Assembly: GCA_009602735.1 (NCBI GenBank)
Contig: WELA01000881.1
Coordinates: 1-64,000, forward strand
DNA length: 64,000 bases
From: Mesotaenium endlicherianum
Lineage: Eukaryota
Direction of reading: 5' to 3'
Positions 1-14,342 of this stretch are shown in pieces (positions within the stretch are counted from its first letter, which is position 1; each line of letters starts with the position of its first letter). The position numbers were made by a program, and so were the translations under genes. The notes below the pieces were generated by a model that was given only the letters and a program-made list of their open reading frames with translations, was not told the DNA's origin and did no database searches.

Positions 1-1499
1 CCCCCCTCTCTTTCTCTCTCTCCTTATGTGCTGTAAGGAGCTGCCAATTGCACTCTTTTATCTCTCGCTTGCTTTGTCTCCCTCTCCTCTCTTCCTTTTC
101 TCTCTCTCTCCATCTCTCTCTCTTAGCCTCTTGTCATCTCTAGCAGCGGCGCCAAGCTATTGGCGTTTCTGCTCCCTTTCCGTACCCCCACCTCCCTTCC
201 GTCCCCTCCAAAAAAAACACAATTGTGTCCGCAGCTGTTTGTAAGACGGATAGCACTTTTGCGTCACCAACCCCTAGATCAGCTTGCCCCCCAAACTCAT
301 AGCCACTCTTGCCACCCCATAGATGCAGGTGTCGTTGGGCATACAGCAGGCAGCTGGGGCCAAGGGGGCCAAGGGGGCTACTAGTGCCTGACAGTATTAG
401 CAGTGGCCTTGCCTTTGCCATGTTGGCCCCACGTCAGGTTCCGCCATCTAGCTCGAGTCCCCTGAGATAACCCCACTATTGCTTTGGGCGGCTCGTCTGC
501 CTTTTCTGCCTCTTCCACCTGCAGGCGCGGGAGCGGGGCTTTTGGTCATCTTGAAGTTCAAGGGTTTAGTTTGGATGCTGTTTCTTCTTCTCGATGTTCA
601 TCGTGTTGTCAACTCCGCATCTCGTATGGGAGGAAATAAAATGCGTTTTGTTTGTATATTTTCAATTGTCAGCACCTTCTTTGGCTACAGGTTACTCCTC
701 GACCCTGAGTTTCAAGACTATCGCTCCTAGACCGCCGACAAGTGTGTACTCACCGAGTGGCTTGACGTGCATAAGAACCTCGTCTGAGTCGGTGTGATAT
801 AATTGGGTTTGCATGTATATAAAAGAATTAGCTTGTACATAATAAAGAAATTGGAAGTTGAGGAAGTGAACACATTTTCAATCATTTTTGGAGCACAATG
901 ACTTATTGAAATGTTGCATGATGTGTGACCATTGTCCAGGGTATGGAGTTTGTGACAATAAGATGAGGAGAATCTGGTGTATTTTGTGCTTTTATAATAG
1001 TTGCCTAATATATAAAAAGAACCATTGTGAACTTGATAGCTATAGTTTCTCATTCAATTGGTTCAAGTTATGTTTCTTCACAAACTATTTGAGCAACGAG
1101 TTCTCGACATGTGACAAAAGCAGTTCACGCACCACATTATTGTCACATACCTATTAGAGGAGAAATCAATAACTTACAAGTTATTTGTGCTACCATATGA
1201 TAATGCTCATGTTGTGCTAGAAGAAAAAAAAAGAGGAAAAGGTAACAGTTTTTACATGATTTATAATAACAATACCAAGCCTATGTATAAAATACTTCTT
1301 TAGCACGAAGGTTAGGCTCCTCGCTCTAAACTAGGTGGCGAGGGATCACATCCGTTTGCTATCGGCCGATTCGATAACCTTCGTGAACGCATTTCTCGTG
1401 AATCTTTGAAACATGTTGGGCAGCCAGAACACAATATAACGTTCTTCAAATAAAAAGTCCGATTTGAACCAAAAAACGTGAGTATTGCGACGTTGTACT

Positions 1500-1656
1500 C
1501 TTGCACGTGCAACCACCAAGGGACGTCAACGTCAACCCTACGTCACGTCGACGGCGTCGTGACTTGGTGCACTAGGCAAACTAAGCGTTTTTTGGGAACA
1601 TCGAACTAAGCAAACTACTTGGCAAATTAAGCGAACAAGCGAACGGCGTAACCCTA
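1500..1656 (-). mobile_element. Terminus of a hAT-family DNA transposon extending leftwards (left boundary approximate)
   Basis: Minus strand from 1656 reads TAGGGTTACGCCGTTCGCTTGTTCGCTT, matching the CAGGGTTACG(C/A)CG termini and subterminal GT(A/T)CGCTT repeats at 17068, 44628 and 62766. It truncates the adjacent transposase remnant. Confidence 0.55.
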
Positions 1657-3800
1657 CGACCATTCCCATCAGCCAAGTGACTGTGTGACCGTGGCCCCTG
1701 AAGATGTCCATCGTGCACATTCTCTCCACAGTCCTATACACCAGCCACTTGGATCTGTCATGGCAGTTCATGTTATTGAGAGTCGGCATGTCGTTCTTCA
1801 TGTACTTGTGCTCGTTCTTGAAGGACTGGCCCCACAGGTGAACCATAAGGCCATACTGCTTCAAGGCAGTGCTAAAATGTAGCAAAGAATGCATGTTGTG
1901 ACTCTTGCCGTTGAGCTCAGCCTTGACCCGTGCCTCAGCATCGGCCTCTCGTGCAGGGAATGCCTCGATATAGTTTCTGTGGTAGTCCTCTGCTAGCCTC
2001 TCTATTTTGTTGACGTCCCTCTGGCTAAAGGAGCTTGCTAAGCGAATTTGTATGAGCTTGCACAGCTTCACCCAAAGCTTCTGTGCCTTCAGCATGTGCT
2101 TGTACTTGTCCGTGTTGAAGTAGGTCTACTTTGTGTAAAGCGTTTGCACCCTTGGATGACAAAATGGTTGCACCAAGGCAGGCATGAGGGGTGCGAGGGC
2201 CCTGTAGTTGAACGTCATTTTCTCGAAAGGCGTCCAAGCACAGTGCACCGCACTCCCGAATGTGTGCTTTGCCAACGCCTTTGTGATACCTAGCGGAACT
2301 GGTGAAAAGGCTCCAAAGGCATCTGGAGTATGCGATTCCACCCGAGCAGTTCCTCCAATGGACTCTTCTCCCATCCATAGCCCTTGTGACCTTTTTCCAC
2401 TCCATCCAACCTCTTTGCAGACGTTGCATGAATTGCCTTTAACCCCTTCACATCCACCTCACACTCTCCCTTTGTTCTCTCGCCAATCTTTTCATCCAGC
2501 AACTCCTCTCTAGCATCTTCCCACAATCTCTTCTTAGCTGCTGCTTCTTCACACGCCTCCCCGACCTCCACTCTGTAACGCCTGGACTCTTCCTTAGTAC
2601 GCGGCACAACATCATTCAGCGTCAAGTTCCATTCTTGGAGCCCGTTCTTGTGTACAGTACACTTGGGGCACGGGAAGTCGAAAGACTGCCCCTTCAACAT
2701 CATACTCTTAGTCCTCCGTTGGATATCTTAACAGAAGAGCGTCATCACTCTCACCAGATTTGCTTGCTTGAGTGGAGCAAAATACATCTTCTCGCCCCCC
2801 TGTAGTTGCTTCAGGTCGTCCCTCACAAGGTACTTGAGCACCTCACCATCCCCAAAGTCCTCGTTGCTGAATGCAATGACCCTAATGATGCTGGTATCCC
2901 CGATGTTATTGCTATCCAGACTCCACAAGCGATAGTAGTACCCTGTGACACTCTAATCCTTTCTTTTGAAAATCTTGAAAGCATTCATGAACATCAATGT
3001 GGCCAGGTTCACTACAGGCAGGTTCTTGGGATTGTGTGCCTCTCTTGTGGCGCCTGGGGTACCCAGATGGAAGTTCACAGCTGGTGCCGTCACCCTCTTG
3101 AAAACTCCCTTGTCCTTTTGTTTGAGAGCATCTACACACCAATACGTCTCCTTGCCTTCCACTACCCAACCGTGTTCCGACCGCTCCCGGCCTAACCCCT
3201 TGCAGTCCCCCCCCGATGGTGGTGCACCATAAACAACTTCGCAGGTGCGAAAATGAGGCTACGGTCCACTTTCATGGGCTCCTCAGTGAGCAAGAGCTCC
3301 ACATGCCCTTCACCCTTCTGCATCACGTGAGCACTTAGGACGAGCTGTCTATCAGGATGGCTGCTGTTAGTCAATCGGATCTCGTGCACCAAGACCATCA
3401 CCTCTTGGCCGGCGGCGCATGCGCATGCAAGACTGCCCTCGTCATCAATGATAAGTGAAAGAATGATTAAGGAGAAGGGATTCCCAGGCACACAGCAAGT
3501 TGTACTCCCAGACTCCCATGCTAATATTCGATGGGGGAAGCAGGGGTCGCAGTGATATACCTATTACTTGTGGGCTTATCACTAGCAAATCCCCCAAGGC
3601 CACCTTCATTTCCTCCCCCCCAGTGTGCACTCGACAGCTGTACTTCCGAAAGAACGGATGGCCAGTTACATATGGCGAATTTTAGAGTCCTCTCATCTTT
3701 TCGTCGACTACCACCTCAAGCTTAAAGTGGATCTCCCTACTGAATAAATCCTCCTCCACCATCGCCACCAGACTTTCCCTAACAGGCTTGGTCCACAGCT
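1657..3800 (-). pseudogene. Degenerate CMC-superfamily (EnSpm/Plavaka-like) DNA transposase
   Basis: Collinear minus-strand fragments carry typical motifs: 'LATLMFMNAFKIF..SVTGYYY', 'LKYLVRDDLKQLQGG', 'GQSFDFPCPKCTV..RT.E', 'PDAF..LGITK' and 'HNMHSLLHFSTALKQYGLMVHLWGQSFKNEHKYMK'. Multiple stops and frameshifts; upstream limit approximate. Confidence 0.65.
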
Positions 3801-5226
3801 TCTCCCCGCTTGACAATAGGGTTCTCACACACTATGCTTGTGAAATTCGGCTTTCGTCTTATGTATGTTGTCAAATTAAGCATCAATCTTTGTCCTCTGC
3901 TTTGTAGAATTGGCTATTCAACCTCCACGCCTCTGTCAGTCGCTTGGATTTCTTAGTACATACACTGTGCAGCATCTGGTAGCGACACTTGCACAAGCAC
4001 GTCGCGCTTTTGAACTTCCCCCACTCTTCCTCTGTGGCCTCTTATATGATTTTGTCACTACGATTCAATGCTAAATTTCCTGTTGCGTGTGCTGCAGCCT
4101 TGGCAGCCCTCTTCGATGTCCGCACAAACGCTTGCTATTCGCATACCTCTGCCTGTAGTGCTAAATGAGCTAGTCTTCTGGCTGCCTCTTGTACTCTTAT
4201 AGCATCCTTGCACGCTGCTTTTGAGGCAAATAATTTGCGCCAGCCTGAGAACTTCCTCTTGCTGCCTTAATTGTCGGTGTGCCTTATTTGCCGCAACCTG
4301 ACCAAGACGTGCTCTCTCATCACTCTGTTCAACATGTCTTGCCGACTCTTGGTCTTTGCGCAATGCTGCTTCATCTTTTGATTCAGCTTCACAGGCATGA
4401 TGACGATCCACTCTATACCTCATCCACTCTCCACGCTAAGTGCGTTGAACTTTCTCGTTTTGATGTGGTGCTTTACCACTGCCCAATATCCTTGGCATTG
4501 CCACAACAACTCCTGTCCTCTTGGTTAAGTGTACCCCTTATGCATTCACCCAAAACCAACAGTTTTACTCGTCAACAAGACGCCTCAATCGGTATCTTCT
4601 TGGTGAAGGCAAGACTAATATTGTCTTCACCTGACACAAGCCAATATTTTATTTGCCTCCGAATAGGTGGCGTATTTTTTCCATATTATTGATTGATTGC
4701 CTGGAAGTTCCGACCCGAGTAATGCTTAGTACGCTACAAATTTTTCACAATGACGTGACCGCTTTAATTTCGTGAAAAAAAGGACTGGAGACAAAGAATT
4801 CGTCACGGCACGTTACCAACTTTTAGGTCCGTTACTCTCCAGCAATTTCATTTGACGGTCACAACGTTTGAACACAACGGTCGCAACAGTCACAATTGCA
4901 CACAACGCAGGTGCATTCACTCACACATATCGTTGTATTCTGGGAGGAGTGTAATAAATGTGAAGGGCACACAAATTATTCCATTGTGATGTGTCGTAGA
5001 CGTCATGACATTTATGCGAGCAAAATCTGACTTATCGTATGTTGTCCTCCGTGCAAGTGTTGCTCACGTTTGGGACTTGGCAAATGGCGAGCTCATTTGG
5101 AGCAATTTCCTTTTAGCGCCTGCCACTTTTGCACAATAATGAAAGGTACTGGGAGTTTGCTCTCTGCATGCTCTACATGTTGCTCAATCTTGCTTGATGC
5201 AAGAAGGGTGGTCGTCAAGGCAAAGA

Positions 5227-5773
5227 ATGGCGTCCATTGCCATCTCAGCGGTGGACAACAAGAGCAACGACAACAAGTCCAACGCTAATATGAGTAGTAA
5301 GAAAGCGAAGGTTATTTCTCCCTCTGTTCTCTTAAAAAAAGTCTCAATTGCCAAACTTATGGCTCATTATTCAAAGCTGTACTTCCTGAAGTCTCGTGAT
5401 CAGTATCTGAGCCTTTAGCAGAGACACAAAGCCTTGGATTGGCATGCCTTATACGAACGGCTTGAGCAAACTCAGGAATGCTTCAAAAGACAGGATCTTA
5501 AAGAGCAACAAGCCGAGTCAAGACTTAAACGGGGGGAGGCAGGCAGTAGAGAACTTGAGGCCTTGGTTAGCGGAAGGTAACACTATGATGGTAGAGTTTC
5601 ACAAGCACAAGGGCCCGAGTTTGTGAAAGTGGAGCGAGAAGGTGAGAGAGAGGGCCTGCTTGGCCATGCAAGGTACATGACTTGTGCAGCTTAAGTGCAT
5701 GTGCAAAATGCCCTGTCTTGCTCAATTCCTTCGGTCCGCTTATTAGCTTAACAGTGGCCCAACTCTCTCTCTC

Positions 5774-5851
<78 letters not shown>

Positions 5852-6660
5852 ACTTGCTATTTGTGTGTTTGCAATTATTGGAGCAAAAGAGGAGGCTGGC
5901 ATCCTTGTTAACAAAAGCAACGGTGTGCAAGGGACCGACAAGGAACCCCGATCTGACCCCGGCCACAACCGCCAAGAAGAAAGCCAGAAGTTCCTGAGAG
6001 GTACACAGCCTCCTGACACCTTGAGAGCATGTGCATGCTGGATTGTCAACTGACTCTGCTTGTTGGCCACACGGTCTTAGAAAGACCTCAACTTCCATGT
6101 TAGAAGTGCAGGCATTCCACGTGACGAGGAGGTTGCCATTTCAGTCCCAATGTGGGGGAAGAACAAGGACGGCTATGAACCAGAGTGGGGAGATTGCCAA
6201 AGAACAGAGACTTCGGCCTCAACACATAATATTTAAACTCTGCACATGGTGAGTAGGTGCGAAGTTGGTGGTGTCTCACTTCATTCGTACTCCATTTGCA
6301 TGCTCATGCACATTGTAGCGATCGCAGGCCCTCTTACGTTGGTTGATAGATCACAAGCAAGGGATGAGCAGGCCTTGTCAACGCAAGCGACACTTTGAAG
6401 CTGCAAACTGTCACTGTAGAGAAGAATACTGTGGAGGGAGGCTCCTGCGAAAAGTATTTGAGCAGTTTAAAGAGAGGACGCCAAAATCCAAAACGCCGCC
6501 ACGTAGGAGGCCTCCAGCTAGGAAGTCAGTCCAGACTAACAAGAAAATGAAGCAGGCTGCAACTTCAGGCGAGTGTTTTGCTGCTCCAACAACTAAGAAG
6601 AACCAGCAGCAAAAGGAACGCCGCGTATCCTCCGTGGAAGAAGAGGACATGGCAACGTAG
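5227..6660 (+). pseudogene. Degenerate spliced gene remnant, possibly PWWP-like
   Basis: A frame from ATG 5227 runs with two stops to 'FVKVEREGERGPAWPCK' and an AG|GT donor at 5673. A (CT)n intron follows, then 'VAISVPMWG..GYEPEW' and 'KRHFEAA'. Confidence 0.25.
5763..5848. repeat. (CT)n microsatellite
   Basis: Directly visible dinucleotide run. Confidence 0.97.
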
Positions 6661-9600
6661 CGGGGTGAGGCAAAGACGACGAGCTCAAGTGGGCAAGAGA
6701 TCGATTGGACTCCCTGTTGCACGCTAGTTTGCTGATGCACACATATCTCAGTTGTCCAGCATCAATGGTGCACCTCTTGAACATCTGCGCAAGGGTAGGT
6801 CTACACATGATTGTCAGTTGAAGAAACTGGTGGGCCTGTGACGGATGATAGCATGCCAATATTGGGGCCACGGGAAGATTCATTGTCACCCGTTTCATTT
6901 GCACTGAGCAGAATCTGATTACACACCGAAGCCCCGGAAGCTGCGAGGTGCGAAGCTGCTTGCTGTGGACTAACAAGGCGGGAGCAAGAAAAGTGCCGAA
7001 GGCAATTGTACAATAAGAGGTGCTAAAAGAGATGATCTGGCAGCATGTGTAGAGAGCTATTGCAACAGTATGGCGAAAATATTTGTTGTAAGAGGATTTG
7101 GGGTACCAGAGTATATGGTACAGGACCTCAACTTGTACAGTCCATAATACAGAAAAGAAATATAACTCTTGTCCACAGGTGATGTTGTTAGAAGTATATA
7201 CTGATTCCATGATGCACACTGCAATTTTGCTAGGCGCACAGACTCCAATTGCTGCCGTACAGGACACTAACACAAGTACACATGCATACATTCTGATATT
7301 ATTTGACTCTACATTATTGGTCACTCAACTTCACACAACCACGCATGGGCATTGGAGGAGCCATGAGAAAGTGATCCGATTTTTAACTGTCACTTCGATT
7401 GCATACATCCCCAAGAGTAAGGAGGATAAATTAGCGCTACTCTATAGCAACAAGGCACCTACATCCCTAACACAAGCTTTTCAAAAGCGTATGCACAAAT
7501 ATTTGACTCAGATGCTACTGCTGCAACTAATGTAACCTGCCCGTAAAACAATATGAACTAATGTACAAGGAGCTCAAAGAGGGGCCTTGCAACAGTAAGG
7601 GCCACGTACGTACAACTATTAGGACCTCGTAAAAGGCCCTTACCTTGCACACCTTCCATTGCTCTCTGCTTTGAGGTTGCAGCATCATCATCCTCCAACT
7701 TTGCCCTCCACAACTGCACATGCACAATAGCATTTAGTGTGTTAGATGGAGGCGCAACAGTGGCAAAACTACCTGCCATTGCATGTTGGGCACAAACAAC
7801 ACAGGAATTGTCCACCTCAAATGCTTCACATCAAGAACAGCCTTACTCCACTCCTCCCATGTAGCAGACAGAGCAGACGTTGAAACTAAAATCGCTTTCT
7901 TCCACAGCAACACCCTCACCCTCAGCTTCAACAGTTCTTCTTGCACGCGTTTGGGTGCCCATGTATCACCCAGACACTCTCTGTGGGACTAAATTACATT
8001 TGATCTCAAGTCTCGCAATTTACCCAGATCGTATGAGGCTTTTTTTGACATCTGTACTAACTTCTTCGTTCATTGGGCAATATCATATGTGACTCTATCA
8101 AACCCTCTCTTCCTATTTGGCCCCATCTCCTCAACAGGATGGTCATCAACTGGCTGGAGAGCTGCCACTACATCCACAACCGGCAATACATCTCCTTCTA
8201 ATGATGGAGCTTTGCCCTTGTGTCATGTTGATGCCATGACAGACACGACTTTGTCCTTCTCTACAGCTAGCTAACACGGCCTGTTTCTCAGACGGAAGGC
8301 TTGAGCATAAAAGGCTACAGCCTTTCTTCTGACATGATATAAATGCTGATTGATGTTTATATCTAATTCTACCGTTGCATCACTTTGGATTACCTCTTGA
8401 CGAGTGATGTCACATGCAAGACTACTTTTCAACCTTTTTTATTTCCACCTTTATAAATTCCTACAGTTCATCACATAAATTGCAATGCCGCTAATTCTTA
8501 GTCAAACTCACCGATCCCTCATCAGCACTACTTGTACCTCGTAACCCTTGACCCCCTTTGCTTTTGGATATTGGCATGTACTAACTGTTGTCGCTCATTC
8601 ACAAGACCATGCAGTGTATGAATGATAAAAGCTAGCACAGCTCAAGGAGAAAGAGGCCCCGATTTTGTGACCAGCCTGAAATCTCAATTCTTGATAACGA
8701 ATTCATCACGAGCACCAGAAGGAACAAAAAACTCACCTGAAATGCACACAACAGTCTATCTACGCACTGGGCGAGGGTCCCATATATGGAGACATTTGTA
8801 TTCCATGTAGGAATTTACTCCTGAGCCACTTACATGCAGCCATGGCTCTGCATGTGCATTTAAGAACAGGGCTTGGTAGAGGTTTCAAAGGACAAGGTTG
8901 GATGTTTCCGACTTGCAGGCGCACGAGTTTGACAATTGAACGTAATTAGACGTCAGTGAGTATATCCAAGAACCAAGAGTCGTTCAACCACGTCCAACAG
9001 CTGTGCAAAAAACCAACCAAGCGCGAGCGAAATATGAACTTTGTATTGAACTTACTTCAAGTGACCGCAAAATCTAGTCACGCACACGCTTTACTTTGTT
9101 GAAGTAAATGACAAAAAGATTCCGTAAATGGCATATACATAACAACCAAATGGTGGAACATTTTGCGGGCCACAGCAAGACGACCTTCAGAGGTTTTCAC
9201 ACAATTATATTTCCAAATAGTATAGCACTCAAAAATGAGAAAACCTTCTATATTAAATTGGTTACAAAGCATGGCCTTGCCGGAGTTTCGATCCTTTGTC
9301 TGCTTGTTCGAGAAATGTGCATGAGATTGACAAAATTAATGTTTGTTTCCGCAGATTTGCAATAGTATGACGAATATCTTACGTTAATGAAGCGGAAAAG
9401 GATGGAATGGCTTGGGGGTTGCGACCTAATCCTTTATCACGCTCAACAGGGTCGCACGTGGGGGCACATTAGCTTTTTCACTACACCTTACCAGGCCATT
9501 ACTAATGATGTCCTATCATCCACGCAGTACCACTGAAGTTGAAGGTAGCCCACCGTCAATGCCGAACATCACCGCCCAAAGATGCCGAACTCAATAGTGA

Positions 9601-10386
9601 AGGTAATGCACCTTTGCAAGCCACTTTCCCTTCGAGAGCCAAATTCGCAAATTTGACGCCAATTTTTTAAGGATGACTTCCCTCCAATCTCACTTCATTT
9701 TGTAGCCACAGAGTGCAACATGATGGACCTTATCAATGTCAAATCCGTTTCTCTTCCCATTCTAAAAGCGCACCACCCCTTTCAGTCACCGAGCTACTAC
9801 AGACACGCCTACATTGTGTCACAATATTGCACTAGCACTAGACGAGGAAATGTCTGCTATGATGGATGAGCACAAAAGAGTTAACAGCCTATGGGTTACG
9901 CAAACTAGCAATATATTGACGTAGGAAGTCACGTTCAGTTTTGCGTAGGTGCTCACCTGTGGGGGCCCTCTCATCACGCGCAAATGACTACTGCGATCTT
10001 CTAACGACCAGTATCGAACGCCTTTCTCCTCTCCTCTGCACCGCCTCAGGATCTTCAACGGTTGGACCTTCTACCGCACGTGCAATGCGGCACGCGTTCT
10101 TTGGAGGCCGTCTCCTAGGCTTCATAGGTCCAGAGCGAGGTTCCCCCTCTTGTGGTCGTGAAATTGGGGGCCTCCCCTTCCTCTTCTTTTCGCTCTCTGC
10201 ACCAGTGGGGCCTTGTCTCCATTATTTGTTGCACACATGTTCAAAATGACATGTACGCTCACTCTCACCTACAACCCCCTGTTCATATTTAGCTCCATAT
10301 GCAGTGGCACTGCACGAGGTTGCATGGCAAGAAAACGTGATCACGTGCATGGAAAGTAGACAGCGATAAATTGTAGCCACCCACCG

Positions 10387-11087
10387 TGTAAGGTTATGAA
10401 AGTGTAGTTTGTATTTTTCTAGCATTTTATGTGCATAGAGTGTGATTTTAGAAAAGCTTTGGTCTTTGTTTCAAGTCAATTTGACAAGTATTGAGAAAGT
10501 GATGAGTTTTGGGAGTTTTTAGTGACTTTTTAATAACAAGAAAAGGTCCAGTGACGAAAATTTTGGTTGGAGTCCAGGAAGTAGGACATTGAATCATAAG
10601 GGTTCCAAAAACTACGAACAATTACGTAGAGTGCTAAAGTGACTGTGGAATTTCTAGAAACTCCCTGAGGAGTCGGTGAATTGTGTAGTAGAATATTCTA
10701 GAGTGTGATTGTGTGCGTGCGTGGGCTAGCTTGTCCAACTAGGCAAGGTCACCTACATGGAAGGAGCCATAGTAGAAGGTTTTGGAGGTACTTTGATAGA
10801 GAGGACTCTTAGAGGTGAATCTTAAATAGGAAGCACAAAGAAGTAGAGGGAGTCTTGTCTAATCTAGTCTTGTCTAACCTTCTTATCTTGTACACAACTT
10901 TTCTTAATAAAGTGATTTCTTTTCCACTCCTCTCTCATGTAGCCCTCTAACTCTTGCAAACGTGGCATAGTACTAGGCCACTCCACCTTTTGTATGCAAC
11001 TAGGAAAGGTCCTCGTGCACGCTTCCACTCGCAGGTGAGGGTGCGTGAGTGTGTATGGGCGCACTTCGCGCACCCATCCCCCTTTCA
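10387..11087 (+). mobile_element. Solo LTR (701 bp) of a family related to family B
   Basis: Termini TGTAAGG...CCCCTTTCA as in B LTRs. Flanks CACCG/CACTG form a 5-bp TSD with one mismatch. Shares AAGTATTGAGA and AGAATATTCTAG blocks with B. Confidence 0.75.
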
Positions 11088-11655
11088 CACTGTGTGCCAC
11101 GGAATGTGCAGCCACTTTCCCTTATACATTGCATATGTCTGCATACATGGCAGAAGCACACAAGCACATCAAGCACGTCTCCATCATTGATATACAAGAT
11201 CTAATCCAATCAAGACTCTTCAGTACTAAACGTGGACGAAAAAGAGCAAGTACAAAAGGTTGGCGGTATATCTCACTTTTAACAATGTGATCCACAAAGC
11301 GATTATATGGCAACAAACTACAAAACCATGCTTTCTAAACTCTTATATTACAAGAAGCTCATGTAAATATTCTATTGTCTCCTTTGAACTAATTGTGCCA
11401 TCTTCCAACTATGGTAGAGACTAGAAAATTGTATCACCATGCACACTCCGTGAAACCAATTTGCTGGATATCGTACTGCTGGGGTCTTGCGTGGCGACTC
11501 GGGCCCTCCCAAGCAACTCCTCGCACTTGCTTGCCGCGTGCCTTCTCTCCACGTAGTTACATTGAAATGTGCGATAAAGATCCAATGCATCTTGCTTGAT
11601 GACACTCAGCTGTCGACGGTAGAACCTCCCCAGTTCAACCGTAATTCAGCCCCGG

Positions 11656-12051
11656 TGAAAGGGGCAGAGTGCCCTAGTGCAAGCGTAGTGACTCACGAGG
11701 AACAAAGCTAGTTGCAATCATACTCAAGAGTGCAGCGGCATATCACTAAGAAAGCTTAGGAAAAATACTCAACATTTTGAGTAGCAAGAAACTGCTCACA
11801 AATGGTGTATGATGAAAGGTCCTGTCATTACAAACCCGTAGAAATTTACAGAAGTGAAAACTGATAAGAAACAAAGAAGTTATGCCTATTTATAATTTTC
11901 TGCCTAAGTGCTCCTCCGTAGGAGGAGAATACGGATTTTCCTAAGTGTTTGTCAAATCGTCCCTTCCAGAATATTCGTGAGTAAGCCAGATCAGTCTAAT
12001 CTGGCGTGTCGAGCCGAATTGACGTCCACATACATGCATCGACATTACTAG
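11656..12051 (-). mobile_element. Truncated family B LTR (3' half)
   Basis: Aligns with the LTR beginning at 36141 (TGAAAGGGGC...CATCGACATTACTAG), then breaks off. Confidence 0.9.
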
Positions 12052-12099
12052 CAGCTCCAACAAATGGGGCATCAGTGTCGAAGGAAGGGGGTTGCGATC

Positions 12100-13872
12100 C
12101 TGATCTGCTCCTGCTGCTGGCTTGGGGCGAGCCTCATGAGCAGCTACTTGCTGACTATGCACTGCGTGAGCGCCCCCCACCTGCAGCGCGGGACCGTCAT
12201 CAGAGTCACAGTACGCGGAGTTCAAAGGACGACGGATATAGCTGGAGTAGTGTCGAGGACCAGGACGGGACGCGACTGGATGCAAATTAACAAAATGCGA
12301 GGCATCGGGCTGAGACCCCACACGCCCCTTCACATCTTGCAAGCTGCTATGCATGGCAGCTAGCTGCTAGCATAGAAAAAAATCCTCGGAAGTGGAGGCA
12401 ATGGGAACAGCACCAGCCTGGTAAGCAAAGTTTGTGATATCCGAGGCCCTCCAGCAAAAACAACACCAGGCACGAGAGCTAAATATGGTAGGGTCGCTTA
12501 CAAAAGACGCAAATGGCGGAGGATTGTCTGGATAAGCTAGAAAATGAGGGGGATATCCATGCGAAGTCGCGTGATAGGAGGGCACCTGACCAGGTGCTAG
12601 CAAGGGAAAAAGACTAGGTGGCGTCGTACCCTTCTGGAATTTGAACACCCACCCCTCAGGTGCTTTAGATAGATGCGGGAGGAAACAGGCGGCGACCACA
12701 TGTCCATGCTGGCGGCAGTGGTCACAGGTCAAAGCAACCCGCTTAGGATCCGCAGCAAGTCCAGCCTTCATCACACCCGGTGTCGATGAGGGTTCTTGTA
12801 CTGCGTTAGCCTCCACCACCCCTACGCTTAGCCCCCTGCGCTCACCCCCCTTTGCTCAGCCTGTGAGGCAGCGTGCACCACCTTGATCTGTCCAACCGAC
12901 TAGCACACATTATACACTCTACGCTTGTGCTCTTTCTTTAGAGCAAGCTGGTGGTTGAGCGTGGCACACAGAGCGGAGGAGGCAGAAAATGCACTAATGA
13001 ACTAACGCAAGCCCCCATCAACGTACATGCCCGTATCCTGCCGTAACTGCTGGAAACACACGTAGGCCAAGTTAAGAGTCTCTTAGGGCAATCCCAAAAC
13101 TCATCTTGACAGGCGCGAGAGATATCGCTTACAAAATAACTCAATAAGAGTATCGAGTTGGTCCAGCACAACACTAGGAGCGGGACCATGAAGGGGCAAT
13201 ATAAACCCTAAGACAGCTTGTTGTTGGCGTCGTTGGACAAACGATTGTGGTGGTCCTTGATGCGGGCCGTTACCACCTCAATCTGGGTGGCGTACTCTGG
13301 CAGTGTTAGCTGAGCTTGGCCAGGCGGCTCCTTTCCCCTGTGACCCCATCAACCAAGACAAACTCCCCCCCAATGCCTCGCCCTAGTACCCCACCGTGCG
13401 TCGGGTTTCTTGGATCCAACCCAACAATGGTGACTATAGCTGCAGCGGAGGCAAGGTCTAGCCCTGAAGAAAAAACAGCAGCAGTTGTAGCAGCTATTAC
13501 AGCAAGAGCCTGAGCAGCTGCAACCTAGGGGTTGGTTGGCCCCCCTCTAGGTACAACATCGATGATGGGTACGGGAGTAATGGCATCACCATCCTTAGGG
13601 GCTAGAACGGGTACATTTGACATTGTGTGAATAATATCCATCGGAAAGCATTGATACAAGAGCGGAGGCTCCCTCCCTAGATGCGCACGTAAGGTGTCGA
13701 AATATGCATTACGAGTTATTCTATGATTGCGCGCCCGCAATATCGCCAAACACGAGTCAATCTTAGAACATAACGCAGATATGGTCAAGCCATCAAAGTT
13801 TCCGAGGTAATTTTGATGTGACGCAGAAGAGGAGGACGCAGAACCTGCAATGTCTATGAGCAACACTAGCAC
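12100..13872 (-). pseudogene. Degenerate Ty1/copia-like gag region
   Basis: ORF 12367-12819 has 'CDHCRQHGHVVAACFLPHLSKAPEGW', a CCHC knuckle with the C-F..HP..AP.GW tail typical of copia Gag. Flanking frames are broken; limits approximate. Confidence 0.45.
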
Positions 13873-14342
13873 TCCGTAGGAACCCTCCTCAAAGCTCTTA
13901 CTATAAGACGGCTCCTGGCATCGGCATGCGGGGAAAGCAAACTAGGTATTGTGAGTACAAGAGGCTTTAGAGGAGGGATGTATACGTAATCAAATTGGGT
14001 ACCAGAGTAAACAAAATCAGACGTGAAAAGGCCTGATTTAAAGAGAGAGACAATTTAGAAAGATCAAGTCCAAAAGAAGCTAGTAGAAGGGGGGAGGACT
14101 CAGCTGAAGGCTCGTGCTGATAGAGACGTCCGCTTCGCGTGCCATCAAGAGTCATGTCTGTGCCAAAATGTATGTAAAGAGCTAGGAGCACAGGCGGACG
14201 GATCACTACGGTGGTGTCTGCATAGGAACAGAGGATGAGAGTCTCGTGCTAAGGCTAGCGATGTTATGGCGGGCTTTTTCCTTGCAAGTTTTATACCAAT
14301 GAATTCGATGTATGTGTGGACAAAGAGGGTGGACAAAGAGGT

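Noticed and set aside
435..447. CAGGTTCCGCCAT as partner TIR for the end at 1656
   Set aside because: One base short of the TIR, and the flank does not match the expected TSD CGACCATT.
5567..6070. ORFs with ERER/SLSL runs (also 43984-44599 and 47535-48238)
   Set aside because: Artefacts of CT/GA microsatellites, which lack stop codons.
6593..10250. Assorted ORFs, including the 243-aa ORF 6593-7324 and Cys-rich pieces near 7900
   Set aside because: No motif could be supported; probably decayed TE or gene remnants.
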